Part shown: one piece after another, positions 49,237 to 60,809 of the stretch
Layout: each line of letters opens with the position of its first letter
Numbering within the stretch: the stretch's first letter is position 1
DNA from: Malacoraja senta
Taxonomy: Eukaryota
Reading direction: 5' to 3'
Length of the DNA: 64,000 nt
Assembly: GCA_038087875.1 (NCBI GenBank)
Contig: CM075997.1
Coordinates: 7,070,001 to 7,134,000, forward strand
Notes under the pieces: model-generated
The model's input: the letters and a program-made list of their open reading frames with translations, nothing else
What the model was told of the DNA's origin: nothing
The model's database searches: none
Program-made: the position numbers and the translations under genes

Positions 49237-50027
49237 AAGGGAGCTTTGGCAGATCCGAATAATTCTCAGCTATGTTTTGTCTGGGGATAGTTACACTGTT
49301 ATCTCCGGAATGTTGAAGCAAGGACATTTTCTGTTCAAAACGTGTAAACAACTTTATAACGGGATATGAATTAGAAAATAATTGCTTATTGATTAAAATG
49401 TTATAACCAATTGTAAGAACTTATCCTATTAACAACTTTAAAAGTTATGCAGGTTAGATTAGAATACTAACAATAATGAACTAACATACTAATATGAATT
49501 TTTAATAAATTGTAACCTGGTCTATAAGCAGGAGGAGGGGATGAGAAACGAGCTCCTGGCTTATGTCCAGGAGCACGTCTCGTTAACCCCTTCAACCAAC
49601 AGCTGATTCTTATTGAAATCAAAAATATTGGTTTAATAATTAAACTCTGATATATATATATGCTATAAGGAAATATCAGGGTAAAATTGTATTATATATA
49701 TGAATGTGAGGCCTCGTTTTAATATTTTAATATGTTATGATTAACTAAGAGAGCGGAGCGAGTTGAGCAACAACGCAATGGAAGTCAAAATAAGGTTTTT
49801 TCCCACCTACAGGTGGGTCACTTGCTACAGTGCCGACTATAGACACTGTAGCCTCACTCTTTTAGTTTTTTTTTTATTACATAAAATCACTTGTTTGTGT
49901 TTTGTGTTTAGTGATAAGAATAATATGGACATACCAACAAAAGTTAATAATTCAAAAACTCCCCCAATACCTAAAGACCTGGGATATGGACGCACCACAA
50001 GATTCAAAGGTACTATAATTATTCAAA

Positions 50028-53000
50028 ATGCATGACACCACACAAAAGAACCTAGGAGGAGTCTCATTTTGTAGTTGGAATATAAGAGGCATTAATGAAC
50101 CTATCAAAAGGGGTAAGATATTAGCTCAGCTAAAAATGTATAATTCTGACATTACCTTCCTACAAGAAACACACCTAAAACCTCAGGACCAAGTTAGGCT
50201 GAGGGCGAAATGGATAGGTCAAACATACCACTCTTCATTCACTTCAAAATCTAGAGGCATGTCAATTATCATAAGAAAAGGTATACCATTTAAAGCAAAG
50301 AATATTATAACAGATATAGAAGGGAGATACCTAATAGTTAATGGAGAAATCCATGACACTCCACTTACTTTGGTAAATATATATGCCCCTAACTTTGATA
50401 ACCCCCACTTTTTCAATAAAATCTTCAATATAATTGCAGAGTCAAACTATCAAAATGTTATAATAGGCGGAGACTTTAATTGTGTTTTAGACCCGTACTT
50501 AGATAAATCAAGTCAAAAACAGAGAGGGAATATGAAATCGAAAACTGGGGAACTCCTCAATACCTACATAAACAACACTAATATAGCAGATGTTTGGAGA
50601 ATTGTGAACCCAACTGGCAGGGAATATTCGTTTTACTCAATGGTACATAAGACATACTCACGTATAGACTACTTTCTGCTGGATACAAAATTAATCCCCC
50701 AAACATCTAATGCAATATATCATACAAATTCAATTTCAGACCATTCTCCACTAACTTTCTTTTTAAAACTGGAAGGATTGTCTAAGAATAATTCATTCTG
50801 GAGATTTAACTCTCAAATTTTAAAAGATCCACAAGCGAGTATATATTTAAAAGAACAAATGGAGGTCTTTTTTCAAACAAATGATACTTCAGATATATCG
50901 CCTACTTTACTTTGGGAATCTTTTAAAGCATACATTAGGGGTATTATAATTTCATATCAAGCTTTTCAAAATAAAAAGAATAAGAATGAACAAAGACAGT
51001 TAGAAGAACTTATTAGACAAATGGATATAGATAATGCTAAAGATCCAACAATAGATAAACATAATAAAATAATAATTTTAAAATTTAAATTAAATAAATT
51101 ATTATCTGCCAAACTTATAAGACTTTTTCAAATTACAAAACAAGAGCACTTTGAATTTGGGGATAAACCGCATAAACTTTTGGCTCGCCAGCTAAAAAAA
51201 CGAGAAAAGGAACATACTATACCAAAGATCAAATCAGATAAAGGGGAATTATTAACAACACCGAAGGATATTAATAAAAGATTTGCGCAATTTTACGAGA
51301 ATTTGTATACATCTAAAACGATAATTGATTCCAATAATATCACAAAGTTTTTGGATACCTGTAATCTTCCAAAGTTAGAGCTGAAGGAACAAGAGGAACT
51401 GGGTGCACAAATCTCAATTAAGGAATTAGAAGATACAATAAACTCACTAAAAAATGGAAAAACACCAGGCCCTGATGGATTTACTAATGAATTTTATAAA
51501 AACTTTTATGAAAAAATAATACCAAGATTACAAAAAATGTACCAATACGCTTTTAAAAAACGAATACTACCTGATACATTAGCGGAATCAACGATTACAT
51601 TAATACCTAAGAAAAATAAGGATTTAGAAGATCCTGGCTCATATAGAGCTATAGCATTGTTAAACACAGATCAAAAAATATTAGCGAAAACATTAGCCAG
51701 AAGATTAAGTAAATACATTAGTAAATTAATAAACCCAGATCAGACAGGGTTTATCCCTAAGAGATACTCTTCTAATAATATGAGACGTCTACTCAACATA
51801 ATGCACTCACACAAATCTGAAGATCAAGAATTATCAATTATTTCGCTGGATGCTGAAAAAGCATTTGATCAAGTAGAATGGAATTATATGGATAAAGTAT
51901 TACAAAAATTTCAACTGGGAGAGAATTTTATTTTATGGATTAAGTTACTATATAACAAACCTACAGCTAGAATACTTACTAATAACATATTATCCTCGAA
52001 ATTTCAACTATCAAGGGGAAATAGACAAGGATGCTCATTATCACCACAGCTGTTTGCTCTCATTATTGAACCGCTAGCAGAAAAAATTAGAATACACCCT
52101 GATATTCATGGATATAATACTAAAGACTCATATAATAAAATATCTTTATACGCGGATGATATATTATTGTATATTACAAAACCTCAAATCACTATACCAA
52201 ATATATTAAATTTAATTGAAGACTTCGGATCTTTTTCTGGATATAGAATAAATTGGAATAAAAGTGAAATTATGTCAATAAAACCGAAAGATTCAACACA
52301 TCTTTTAAAATTCCCTTTTAAAATAGCTACAGAAAAATTTAAATATTTGGGAATCGAAATTACCAGAGCATATCAAGGTATGCTCAGGGCAAATTTTGAC
52401 CCCCTACTTAATAAACTGAATACATTAATTAAATTCTGGAAAACGCTTCCGATGTCTTTAATAGGCCGAATAAACGCAATAAAAATGATCTTTTTACCAC
52501 AAATTTTATACCTATTTCAATCAATTCCTATATACTTACCTAAGAAGTTTTTTAAAAAACTCGACTCAGATATCACTAATTTTATATGGGACTATAAATC
52601 ACATAGAATACAAAAAACCCATCTGAATAAATCTAAAGTATTGGGAGGTCTAGCACTACCCAATTTTATGTATTATTATTGGTCAGTAAATATTAAAAAC
52701 ATGATTCAACTGATGGATAACTCCGCCCAGCAAGTAGACTGGATTGTAATGGAGAAAGAGGATTGCTCCTCTAGAAACATTGGAGCGATCCTCCTCTCTC
52801 CAATGAAATTGAATAACATAAACTATAATAAGAACCCAATTATTCATAGTACAATCCGTATTTGGAAACAAATAAAACAAAATTTAAAATTAAGAAACTT
52901 ATCACTTTTATTACCTATAGTCAATAACCCTTCGTTTAGTCCTTCTATTATAGATAAAGCTTATACACAATGGGATAGACTAGGAATTAAAACGCTTGGT

Positions 53001-53819
53001 GACTTGTATGAAACTGGAAAATTACTTTCATTTCAACAATTACAAATAAAATATAAACTCGGAAATAATCAATATTTTAAATACTTTCAAATATGCGACT
53101 ATTTGAAAAAATATATAAAAGATCATCATAATAACCCAGCAGATGTACTGGACGAGGCAATGCAGACAAAAGCGGAATCAGCAAACTTAATATCATATTT
53201 GTACAATATTATCTTAAATGTACAAATACCATCTACGGAGGGTATCAGAAGAGACTGGGAACAAGAGTTAGCTATTAAAATTTCAAAGGAAAGTTGGAAT
53301 GAATACTTATTAAAAGTACATAAATGCTCGATTAATGTAAGACACACTTTAATACAATTTAAAATTTTACATAGATTATATTATTCGAAAACTAAAATTC
53401 ATAAAATTTTCCCAAACGTATCATCTATTTGTGATAAATGTCAATCCCAAGAAGCAACTATAGCGCACTCATTTGTCTTCTGTACAAAAATTCAAAAATT
53501 TTGGAATGAAATTTTTGAAATCTTTACAAAGTTATTTAAAACAAGACTGATACCCAAAGCAGAATGGATTATCTTCGGAATAACGGAAGATGATCCAGAA
53601 CTAAATGTGTTTCAAAAGAAATTAATGGATTATGGGTTAATAACTGGAAAAAAGCTAATTCTAAAATTTTGGAAGAAGGCTCCAATACCAACTATAAATA
53701 TGTGGATTTCAAATATGTTTGAAACACTACACCTTGAAGAGATAAGACTCCTCCTAGCAGGTAAACCAGATCACTTCCACCTGACGTGGTCTGCATTTAT
53801 AGAATTATTACAAACATAG
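50028..53819 (+). CDS. L1 ORF2p (APE endonuclease, reverse transcriptase, C-terminal Cys/His motif), 1263 aa
   Basis: SWNIRG, LQETH, NIYAPN, GDFN, RIDY, SDH; PGPDG, DAEKAFD, QGCSLSP, YADD, KYLG; CDKC..H...C. Confidence 0.97.
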   Translation: MHDTTQKNLGGVSFCSWNIRGINEPIKRGKILAQLKMYNSDITFLQETHLKPQDQVRLRAKWIGQTYHSSFTSKSRGMSIIIRKGIPFKAKNIITDIEGRYLIVNGEIHDTPLTLVNIYAPNFDNPHFFNKIFNIIAESNYQNVIIGGDFNCVLDPYLDKSSQKQRGNMKSKTGELLNTYINNTNIADVWRIVNPTGREYSFYSMVHKTYSRIDYFLLDTKLIPQTSNAIYHTNSISDHSPLTFFLKLEGLSKNNSFWRFNSQILKDPQASIYLKEQMEVFFQTNDTSDISPTLLWESFKAYIRGIIISYQAFQNKKNKNEQRQLEELIRQMDIDNAKDPTIDKHNKIIILKFKLNKLLSAKLIRLFQITKQEHFEFGDKPHKLLARQLKKREKEHTIPKIKSDKGELLTTPKDINKRFAQFYENLYTSKTIIDSNNITKFLDTCNLPKLELKEQEELGAQISIKELEDTINSLKNGKTPGPDGFTNEFYKNFYEKIIPRLQKMYQYAFKKRILPDTLAESTITLIPKKNKDLEDPGSYRAIALLNTDQKILAKTLARRLSKYISKLINPDQTGFIPKRYSSNNMRRLLNIMHSHKSEDQELSIISLDAEKAFDQVEWNYMDKVLQKFQLGENFILWIKLLYNKPTARILTNNILSSKFQLSRGNRQGCSLSPQLFALIIEPLAEKIRIHPDIHGYNTKDSYNKISLYADDILLYITKPQITIPNILNLIEDFGSFSGYRINWNKSEIMSIKPKDSTHLLKFPFKIATEKFKYLGIEITRAYQGMLRANFDPLLNKLNTLIKFWKTLPMSLIGRINAIKMIFLPQILYLFQSIPIYLPKKFFKKLDSDITNFIWDYKSHRIQKTHLNKSKVLGGLALPNFMYYYWSVNIKNMIQLMDNSAQQVDWIVMEKEDCSSRNIGAILLSPMKLNNINYNKNPIIHSTIRIWKQIKQNLKLRNLSLLLPIVNNPSFSPSIIDKAYTQWDRLGIKTLGDLYETGKLLSFQQLQIKYKLGNNQYFKYFQICDYLKKYIKDHHNNPADVLDEAMQTKAESANLISYLYNIILNVQIPSTEGIRRDWEQELAIKISKESWNEYLLKVHKCSINVRHTLIQFKILHRLYYSKTKIHKIFPNVSSICDKCQSQEATIAHSFVFCTKIQKFWNEIFEIFTKLFKTRLIPKAEWIIFGITEDDPELNVFQKKLMDYGLITGKKLILKFWKKAPIPTINMWISNMFETLHLEEIRLLLAGKPDHFHLTWSAFIELLQT

Positions 53820-54547
53820 GGTGCAAAAGTACTTTAAAAAAATAAAAAATTGAGGTCGGGTAAGGGGGGATGATAGTTGAAGAGTTGGTATGTCCTATTT
53901 ACGTGATGCTCAAAAAAAAAACATTTGTTTTTCTTTTTTTTCTCTCTCTCTTTTCTTTTCTTAGGGCCTATTTCTTAACTCTTTTTTTTTTGTTTTTAAT
54001 TTCGCTTTCATAGGGTCCTCGTCCTTTTTTTTTTTTGTTGTTACATTTTCTACACTTTTCTACACTTGCACTTTTTCCTTCACTTTCTTCTCTCTTTCAA
54101 TCTTTTCTTTCTTTAGCGTAAAAAAAAAAAAAATAAAGGGAGTACATTAATTGTAAGAAGATATAAATGACGAGTATTAATGTATGTGGCTGTGATGTAA
54201 TGTACTTCTAATAAATAAAAATTAAAAAAAAAAAAAAAAACAATCGAGCCGTCTACAGTGTACAGATACATGATAAAGGGAATAACGTTTAGTAGAAGAT
54301 AAAGTCCTGTCAATAATTATGAGCGTATAAAATCATGAGAGGAATAGATCGGGGAGATGCACAGTCACTAGCCCAGAGTAGGTGAATCGAGGACCAGAGG
54401 AAATAGATTCAAGGTGAAGGGGAAAGATTTAATAGGAATCTGAGGGGCAACTTTTTCACACTGAGGGTGGTGGGTGTATGGAAGAAGCTGCCAGAGGAGG
54501 TAGTTGAGGCTGGGACTATCCCAACGTTTAAGAAACATTTAGACAGG

Positions 54548-55533
54548 TAATAATAATAATACATTTTATTTATGGGCACCTTTCAAAAGTCTCAAGGACA
54601 CCTTCCAAAGTTTAACAAATAGTAGAAACATGTAAGCGGAATGAAATAAATAATAAAGACATCACGAGTACACAAATTAAAGAGAGAATTCAATCCAAAA
54701 ACATAAATCAAAAACACAATATGGAAGAGAGAGCAGCGGCTGCTAAAGCGCGCCAGCGTCCACTCTCCCCTCCGGCAGCCATCTTGGACACAAAATAAAA
54801 TATCATTTACACACACAAAAAAAAAAAATCATCCCCCCACAATGATTACCACTGTGGGGGAAGGCACAATGTCCAGTCCCCAACCCCAGTTCACCCAAAG
54901 TCAGGCCTATTGAGGCCTCCACAGTTGCCTCTACGGAGGCCCGATGTTCCTGGCCGTTCTCGCCGGGTGGAGTTGCCCCGGGCGTCGGGAGAGTCCACGC
55001 AGCGGCTGGGACGGCTGGAACGGCCGATCTCCTATTGGAGTCCGTGGCACCTGAAGCTGACAAGGCCGCGCCGATTTGGAGCTCCGAGGCTCCCGATGTT
55101 AGGGTCGGTGCCGCCGCCCGCGGCTGGCCGCTCCACAGTCCCGCAGCCCGGAGGTGTTGAGCTCGGCGGTCCAGCTCACCGGAGCTCCAGCGCGTCGATT
55201 CAGAGCGGCGACCCAGGCAAGGCATCGCCCGCTCCGCTGCACGATAGCGCTCCAGCGCTGTGCCGCCACCGGAGCTGAAGGTGCTGGGCAGTCCCCGCCA
55301 GGAAAACGCCGCTCCACGCCCGCTGGTAGGCCGCAAGGACGGGTCGACGGGGCAGCCCGGAGAAAAAGCTGCCTCACCGACCAGGTAGGGACCTAGAGAT
55401 AGTTTCCCCCTTACCCCCCCATATTAAAAGTCAAAATTCCCCTAGACATAGTCAAGAAAAAAAACTAAAAACTAAATAAAAAAGTGAATTTAACGGACGG
55501 CTGCTGGTTAGCAGCCGTTCCCCAAGATAGCTC
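54548..55533 (-). mobile_element. GC-rich non-coding retroposon with (TAT)n tail, inserted in a CR1 tail
   Basis: Splits agacaggta|catggatagg; tail ataaataaaatg(tat)n; CpG-rich body. Confidence 0.6.
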
Positions 55534-55912
55534 GATGGTACATGGATAGGACGGTTTGGAGGGATCTGGACCAAACGCAGGCAGGTGGGACTAGTGTAGC
55601 TGGGACATTGTTGGCCGGTATGGGCAAGTTGGGCCGAAGGGCCTGTTTCCACGCTGTATCACTCTATGACTCCATGTAAAGTCCAATTAAAGATAGTCTA
55701 AGGGTCTTCAAGGAGGTGGATAGTAGCTCAGGATGGCTCACTAGTTGTTGATCGAATAGAAACATAGACAATAGGTGCAGGAGTAGGCCATTCAGCCCTT
55801 CGAGTTAGCACCGCCATTCAATATGATCATGGCTGATCATCCAGAATCAGTACCCCATTCCTGCTTTTTCTCCATATCCCTTGATTCTGTTAGCCCTAAG
55901 AACTAAATCTAA

Positions 55913-56230
55913 TAGCCCTGTCCCACTGTACGAGTTCATTCAAGAGCTCTCCCGAGTTTAAAAAAAAATCAAACTCGTGGTAAGCACTAGAATGAACGTA
56001 GCGGGTACGTCGGAGCTCGGGGACGTCTCTTAGTGGCTCGTAACGCTAACGGCAGGTACTCGGGAAATGCGGTAAGCTCGGGAAGACTCGTGAAGATTTT
56101 TCAACATGTTGAAAAATGTCCACGAGAGCCCCGAGTACCTACGAGCGGCCATTACCGTAAATCTCCGAGTTCGAATCAGGGCAAACTCGGGAGAACTCTT
56201 GAAATGAACTCGTACAGTGGGACAGGGCTT
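55913..56230. mobile_element. PIF/Harbinger-type MITE, family B
   Basis: TIR agccctgtcccactgtacgagttcatt; TAA TSD. Confidence 0.85.
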
Positions 56231-56706
56231 TAACTCTCTCTTATTCAGTTGCCTGATAACAGCTGGGAAGAAACTGTTCCTGTGCCTGACATGATGCCAA
56301 GTTAAACTAGTCCCCCCTTCCTTCACCTACTCCATATCCCTCCATTCCCTGCATATCACGTGCCTATCTAAAAGCCTCTTAAGCACCACGATCGTATCTG
56401 CCTCCACCACCACCCCTGGCAGCATGTTCCAGGCACCCACTACCCTCTGTGTAAAAACATGCCCACACATCTCCTTTAAACTTTGCCCCTCTCACCTACA
56501 CCAAGGTGCCCTCTAGTCTTCAACATGTCCACCTTATGTAAAAGGTCTTCATTGTCTATCTCTCAAAACTTGATATATTTCTGTAGATTTCCCCTCAACC
56601 TCTGGCATTCGAGTGCAACCAATTCAAATTTGTCCAATCTCTTATGGTACGATACGATAGAATGTTATTTATCCCAGGAGGGAAATTGATCTGCCAACAG
56701 TCATAG

Positions 56707-57217
56707 ATGGTTGGTGGTGTCCAGTGCCATCTTCTTCGCTGCCGTGTGCTGGGGCAGCAGGGCGAAGGCCATGGACGGCAACAGGATCAACAAACTCGTC
56801 GGGAAGGCCGGCTCCGTCCTGGGGGCGGAGTTGGAGTTGGAGTTGGATTCACGGGAGGTTGGTCTTGGAGGGGAGGATGCTCCTCAAACTGCGGAGCATC
56901 CTGGACAATACAGCTCACACCCCCTCCATGACACACACTGGTCAACCTGAGGAGCACCTTCAGCAACAGACTGGTTCCACCAAGATGCAGCACAGAACGC
57001 CACAGGAGATCCTTCTTCCCTGTGGCTATCAAACTGTACATCTCCTCCCCCTTCTGTCGTGGGGTAGACTGAGACTGACTCCCCTCCCAAATCTTTGCAT
57101 GCCCCCAATCCTGGACTTTCCACTCGTCACTTTAATTTCACGTTTCACCTATCTTGTTGTGTTTTATGACTGATGGCCAATTTCCCTCGTGGGATAAATA
57201 CAGTTCTATAGTATCGT
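56707..57217 (+). mobile_element. Rex1/Babar-like LINE 3' fragment
   Basis: MVVSSAIFFAAVCWG...RINKLVGKAGS; LRSILDN; ...SFFPVAIKLY. Confidence 0.65.
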
Positions 57218-57469
57218 TTCATTATACAATGCCCCTGGCAGATGAAAGCAAGCTCACTATGCGCTTTGTTAATGTGAGTTCTTCTCGTACATTCTCAGGG
57301 ATATTTTATAATAACCATGGAGATTAACGTGGGCCTTTTTTTAAATTCTTGGGATAAAAACAAGAGGCATTTGAAATAGTTGAATGTTCCTGCGTCATCT
57401 ATGATTCCTCACGAAACCACATTATGGATCTATTAATCGATTGTCTGAACTTTTTCCAGACAAGAAACT

Positions 57470-58340
57470 TTTGAGGTGTGGCAGAGGTTCACCTGCACCT
57501 CCTCCAACCTCATCTATTGCATCCGCTGCTCTAGATGTCAGCTGCTCTTCATCGGTGGGACCAAGCGTAGGCTTGGCGATCGCTTCGCCCAACACCTCCG
57601 CTCGGTTCGCAATAACCAACCTGATCTCCCGGTGGCTCAGCACTTCAACTCCCCCTCCCATTCCGAATCCGACCTTTCTGTCCTCGGCCTCCTCCATGGC
57701 CAGAGTGAAAGCCCTGTCCCACTGTACGAGTTCATTCAAGACTTCTCCCGAGTTTGCCCTGATTCGAACTCGGAGATTTACGGTAATGGCCGCTGGTCGG
57801 TACTCGGGGCTCTCGTGGACATTTTTCAACATGTTGAAAAATCTTCACGAGTCTTCCCGAGCTTACCGCGTTTCCTGAGTACCTGCCATTAGCGTTACGA
57901 GCCGCTAAGAGACGTCCCCGAGCTCCGACGTACCTGCTACGTACATTCTACGTGCTTCCACGAGTTTGATTTTTTTTAAAACTCGGGAGAGCTCTTGAAT
58001 GAACTCGTACAGTGGGACAGGGCTTTGAGGCCCACCGTAAATTGGAGGAGCAGCACCTCATATTTCGCTTGGGCAGTTTGCACCCCAGCGGTATGAACAT
58101 TGACTTCACTAATTTCAGGTAGTCCTCACTGTCTCCTCCCCTTCTCAGCTCTCCCTCAGCCCACTGGCTCCATCTCTTCCTTTCTTCTTCCCGCCCCCCC
58201 CCCCCATCCTGACATCATTGAAAAAGGGTCTCGACCCGAAACGTTGCCTATTTCCTTCACTCCATAGATGCTGCCTCACCCGCTGAGTTTCTCCAGCATT
58301 TTTGTCTACCTTTGATTTTCCAGCATCTGCAGTTCCTTCG
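57470..58340 (+). mobile_element. PLE GIY-YIG 3' fragment interrupted by a MITE
   Basis: QRFTCTSSNLIYCIRCSRCQLLFIGGTKRRLGDRF; degenerate hammerhead at about 58218. Confidence 0.88.
57709..58025. mobile_element. PIF/Harbinger-type MITE, family B
   Basis: TIR aagccctgtcccactgtacgagttcattcaaga; TGA TSD. Confidence 0.87.
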
Positions 58341-58624
58341 TAAACAAGAGACTTTGACGACTTGCTGATACCGCACATATTACCTGCCTGATAACTTATA
58401 CACTGTAAAACACAAGGGAAGCAGGCTTGACTCACAGAGAAAGCATTATCGAAATCAGTTCAAAACGCTGACATTATCACTGAGAAAATAATTAAAGTTT
58501 GGATTTTCAATTTTCTTCCTGACTGCTTTGACTGATGGTGATTCATCTTCTCATTTTCTGGATCTGGGTGTCACTGTCTGGGTCGACGTCGGCACGGTGG
58601 CGCTGCGGTAGAGTTGCTGCCTTA

Positions 58625-58916
58625 AAGCCCTGTCCCACTGTACGAGTTCATTCCAAGAGCTCTCCCGAGTTTGCCCTGATTCGAACTCGGAGATTTACGG
58701 TAATGGCCACTCGTCGGTACTCGGGGCTCTCGTGGACATTTTTCAACATGTTGAAAAATCTTTATGAGTCTTCCCGTGCTTACCTGCCGTTAGCGCTGAG
58801 AGACGGCCCCGAGCTCCGACGTACCCGCTACGTTCATTCTCCGTGCTTACCACGAGTTTGATTTTTTAAAACTCGGGAGAGCTCTTGGAATGAACTCGTA
58901 CCGTGGGACAGGGCCA
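58625..58916. mobile_element. PIF/Harbinger-type MITE, family B, in a V-SINE head
   Basis: TTA TSD in gctgcc-tta-cagcg. Confidence 0.87.
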
Positions 58917-59439
58917 TTACAGCGTTAGAGACCCGGGTCCGATCCTGACTACGGGTGTTGTTTGTGTGGAGTCTGTGCATTGTCCCTGCGACCGTGTGGG
59001 TTTTCTCCGGGTTCTCCGGATTCCCACCACTTTCCAACGACTTGCAGGTTTGTAGGTTAATTGGCTTCTATAAATTGTCCCTTAGTGTGTCAGATGGAAC
59101 TAGCAAATGGGGGATCGCTGGTCAGTGGGTCGAAGGGTCTGTTTCCGCGCTGTATTTCTAAACTAAACAAAATTTACTGCCTGCCCCTACTTGCCTTTGC
59201 GGAGGAGGTGGCGAATCACCTTCTTACCTCTGCGATGGGCAAGGAAGGAATGATGTGTAGATGCAGACTTACACCGAAGGTCGACACAAAATGCTGGAGT
59301 CACTCAGCGGGTCAGGCGGCACGTCTGGAGAAAAGGAATAGGTGACCTTTCTGGTCGAGACCCTTCTTCAGGAGTGACGATATCTCTCCAAGTCCGAAAG
59401 GGGTGCATCTTGGAAGGGGATCTGGTGATAAGTTGACGT

Positions 59440-60000
59440 TCAAGAGAGTTTATTGTCATGTGTCCCCGATAGGACAATGACATTCTTGCTTTGCTTCAGC
59501 ACAACAGAATATAGACGGCATGAATATAGAACAGATCAGTGTGTCCATATACCATTATATAAATATATACACACATGAATAAATAAACAGATAAAGTTCA
59601 AATAAACAGATAATGGGCTATCAATGTTCAGAGTTTTGTTTGAGTTGAGTTTAATAGCCTGATGGCTGTGGGGAAGTAGCTATTCCTGAACCTGGACGTT
59701 GCAGTCTTCAGGCTCCTGTACCTTCTACCTGAAGGTAGCGGGGAGATGAGTGTGTGGCCAGGATGGTGTGGGTCCTTGATGATGCTGCCAGCCTTTTTGA
59801 GGCAGCGACTGCGATAGATCCCCTCGATGGAAGGGAGGTCAGAGCCGATGATGGACTCTGTAGCAGTGTTTACTACTTTTTGTAGTCTTTTCCTCTCCAG
59901 GGCGCTCAAGTTGCCGAACCGAGCCACGATGCAACCGGTCAGCATGCTCTCTACTGTGCACCTGTAGAGGTTAGAGAGAGTCCTCCTTGACAAACCGATA
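59440..60000 (-). mobile_element. Rex1/Babar-like LINE 3' fragment
   Basis: ORF 59628-59993 (-); tail gacaataaac. Confidence 0.78.
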
Positions 60001-60137
60001 TAAGCGATATAAACCAGGCTCTGTAATTGAGTTTATACTAAAGCCATACACGATAGTGCAGACCGTTGGAGTCCAAAGATCATGTCACCGTAACCAAAGA
60101 TCCAAGTTCCACTCAGGCATTCAACGTCTCAGAATGT

Positions 60138-60425
60138 GCGGCACGGTGGCGCAGCGGTAGAGTTGCTGCCTTACAACGCCAGAGACCCAGGTTCGATCCT
60201 GACTGCGGGTGCTGTCTGTACGGAGTTTGTACGTTCTCCCCGTGACCTACATGGGTTTTCTCCGAGATCCAAAGACGTCCAGGTTAGTACGCCAATTGGC
60301 TTGGTGAAATTGTAAATTGTCCCGAGTGTGGGTAGGATAGTGTTAATGTGCGGGGATCGCTGGTCACCACGTACACGGTGGGCCGAAGGGCCTGTTTCCG
60401 CGCCGTATCCTTAAACTAAAGTAAG
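60138..60425 (+). mobile_element. HE1-like V-SINE
   Basis: Head, V-domain and tail all present. Confidence 0.88.
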
Positions 60426-60479
60426 CTAAGCAAAATTAGTGTGTGTCCTAACATTTTTAAATTTTAAACGTCTAACTAA

Positions 60480-60809
60480 TGGGCCTGTCCCACTTACGCG
60501 ACTTTTTCGGTGACTGCCAGCACCCGCCATAGGTCGTTACAGGTTGCCGAAAATTTTCAGACATGTTGAAAATCCAGCGGCCACCAGAACAAGGTACGAC
60601 TCTTTGGGCGACTACTCACGCCCATATAGGCGTCACCCCGCGACATGTCGCCTGTACGGTCGTGAGTCGTCTCCTCAGTCGCCCAAAGAGTCGTAGCGTC
60701 TTTCTGGTCGTCGCTGGATTTTCAACACGTTGAAAAATCTAGGCGACCTGCAACGACCTATGACGGGGGCCGGCAGTCGCCGAAAAAGTCGCGTAAGTGG
60801 GACCGCCCA
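60480..60809. mobile_element. PIF/Harbinger-type MITE, family C
   Basis: Long TIR tgggc..gtcccacttacgcgactttttcgg; TAA TSD. Confidence 0.85.

Larger units (their letters stand above)
47981..54239 (+). mobile_element. Full-length L1-clade non-LTR retrotransposon
   Basis: TSD acaatcgagccg at 47969-47980 and 54240-54251; CpG-containing 5'UTR; two intact ORFs; T-rich 3'UTR; AATAAA and polyA. Confidence 0.96.

Noticed and set aside
60138..60210. tRNA-like sequences at SINE starts
   Set aside because: SINE heads continuing into the V-domain, not tRNA genes.
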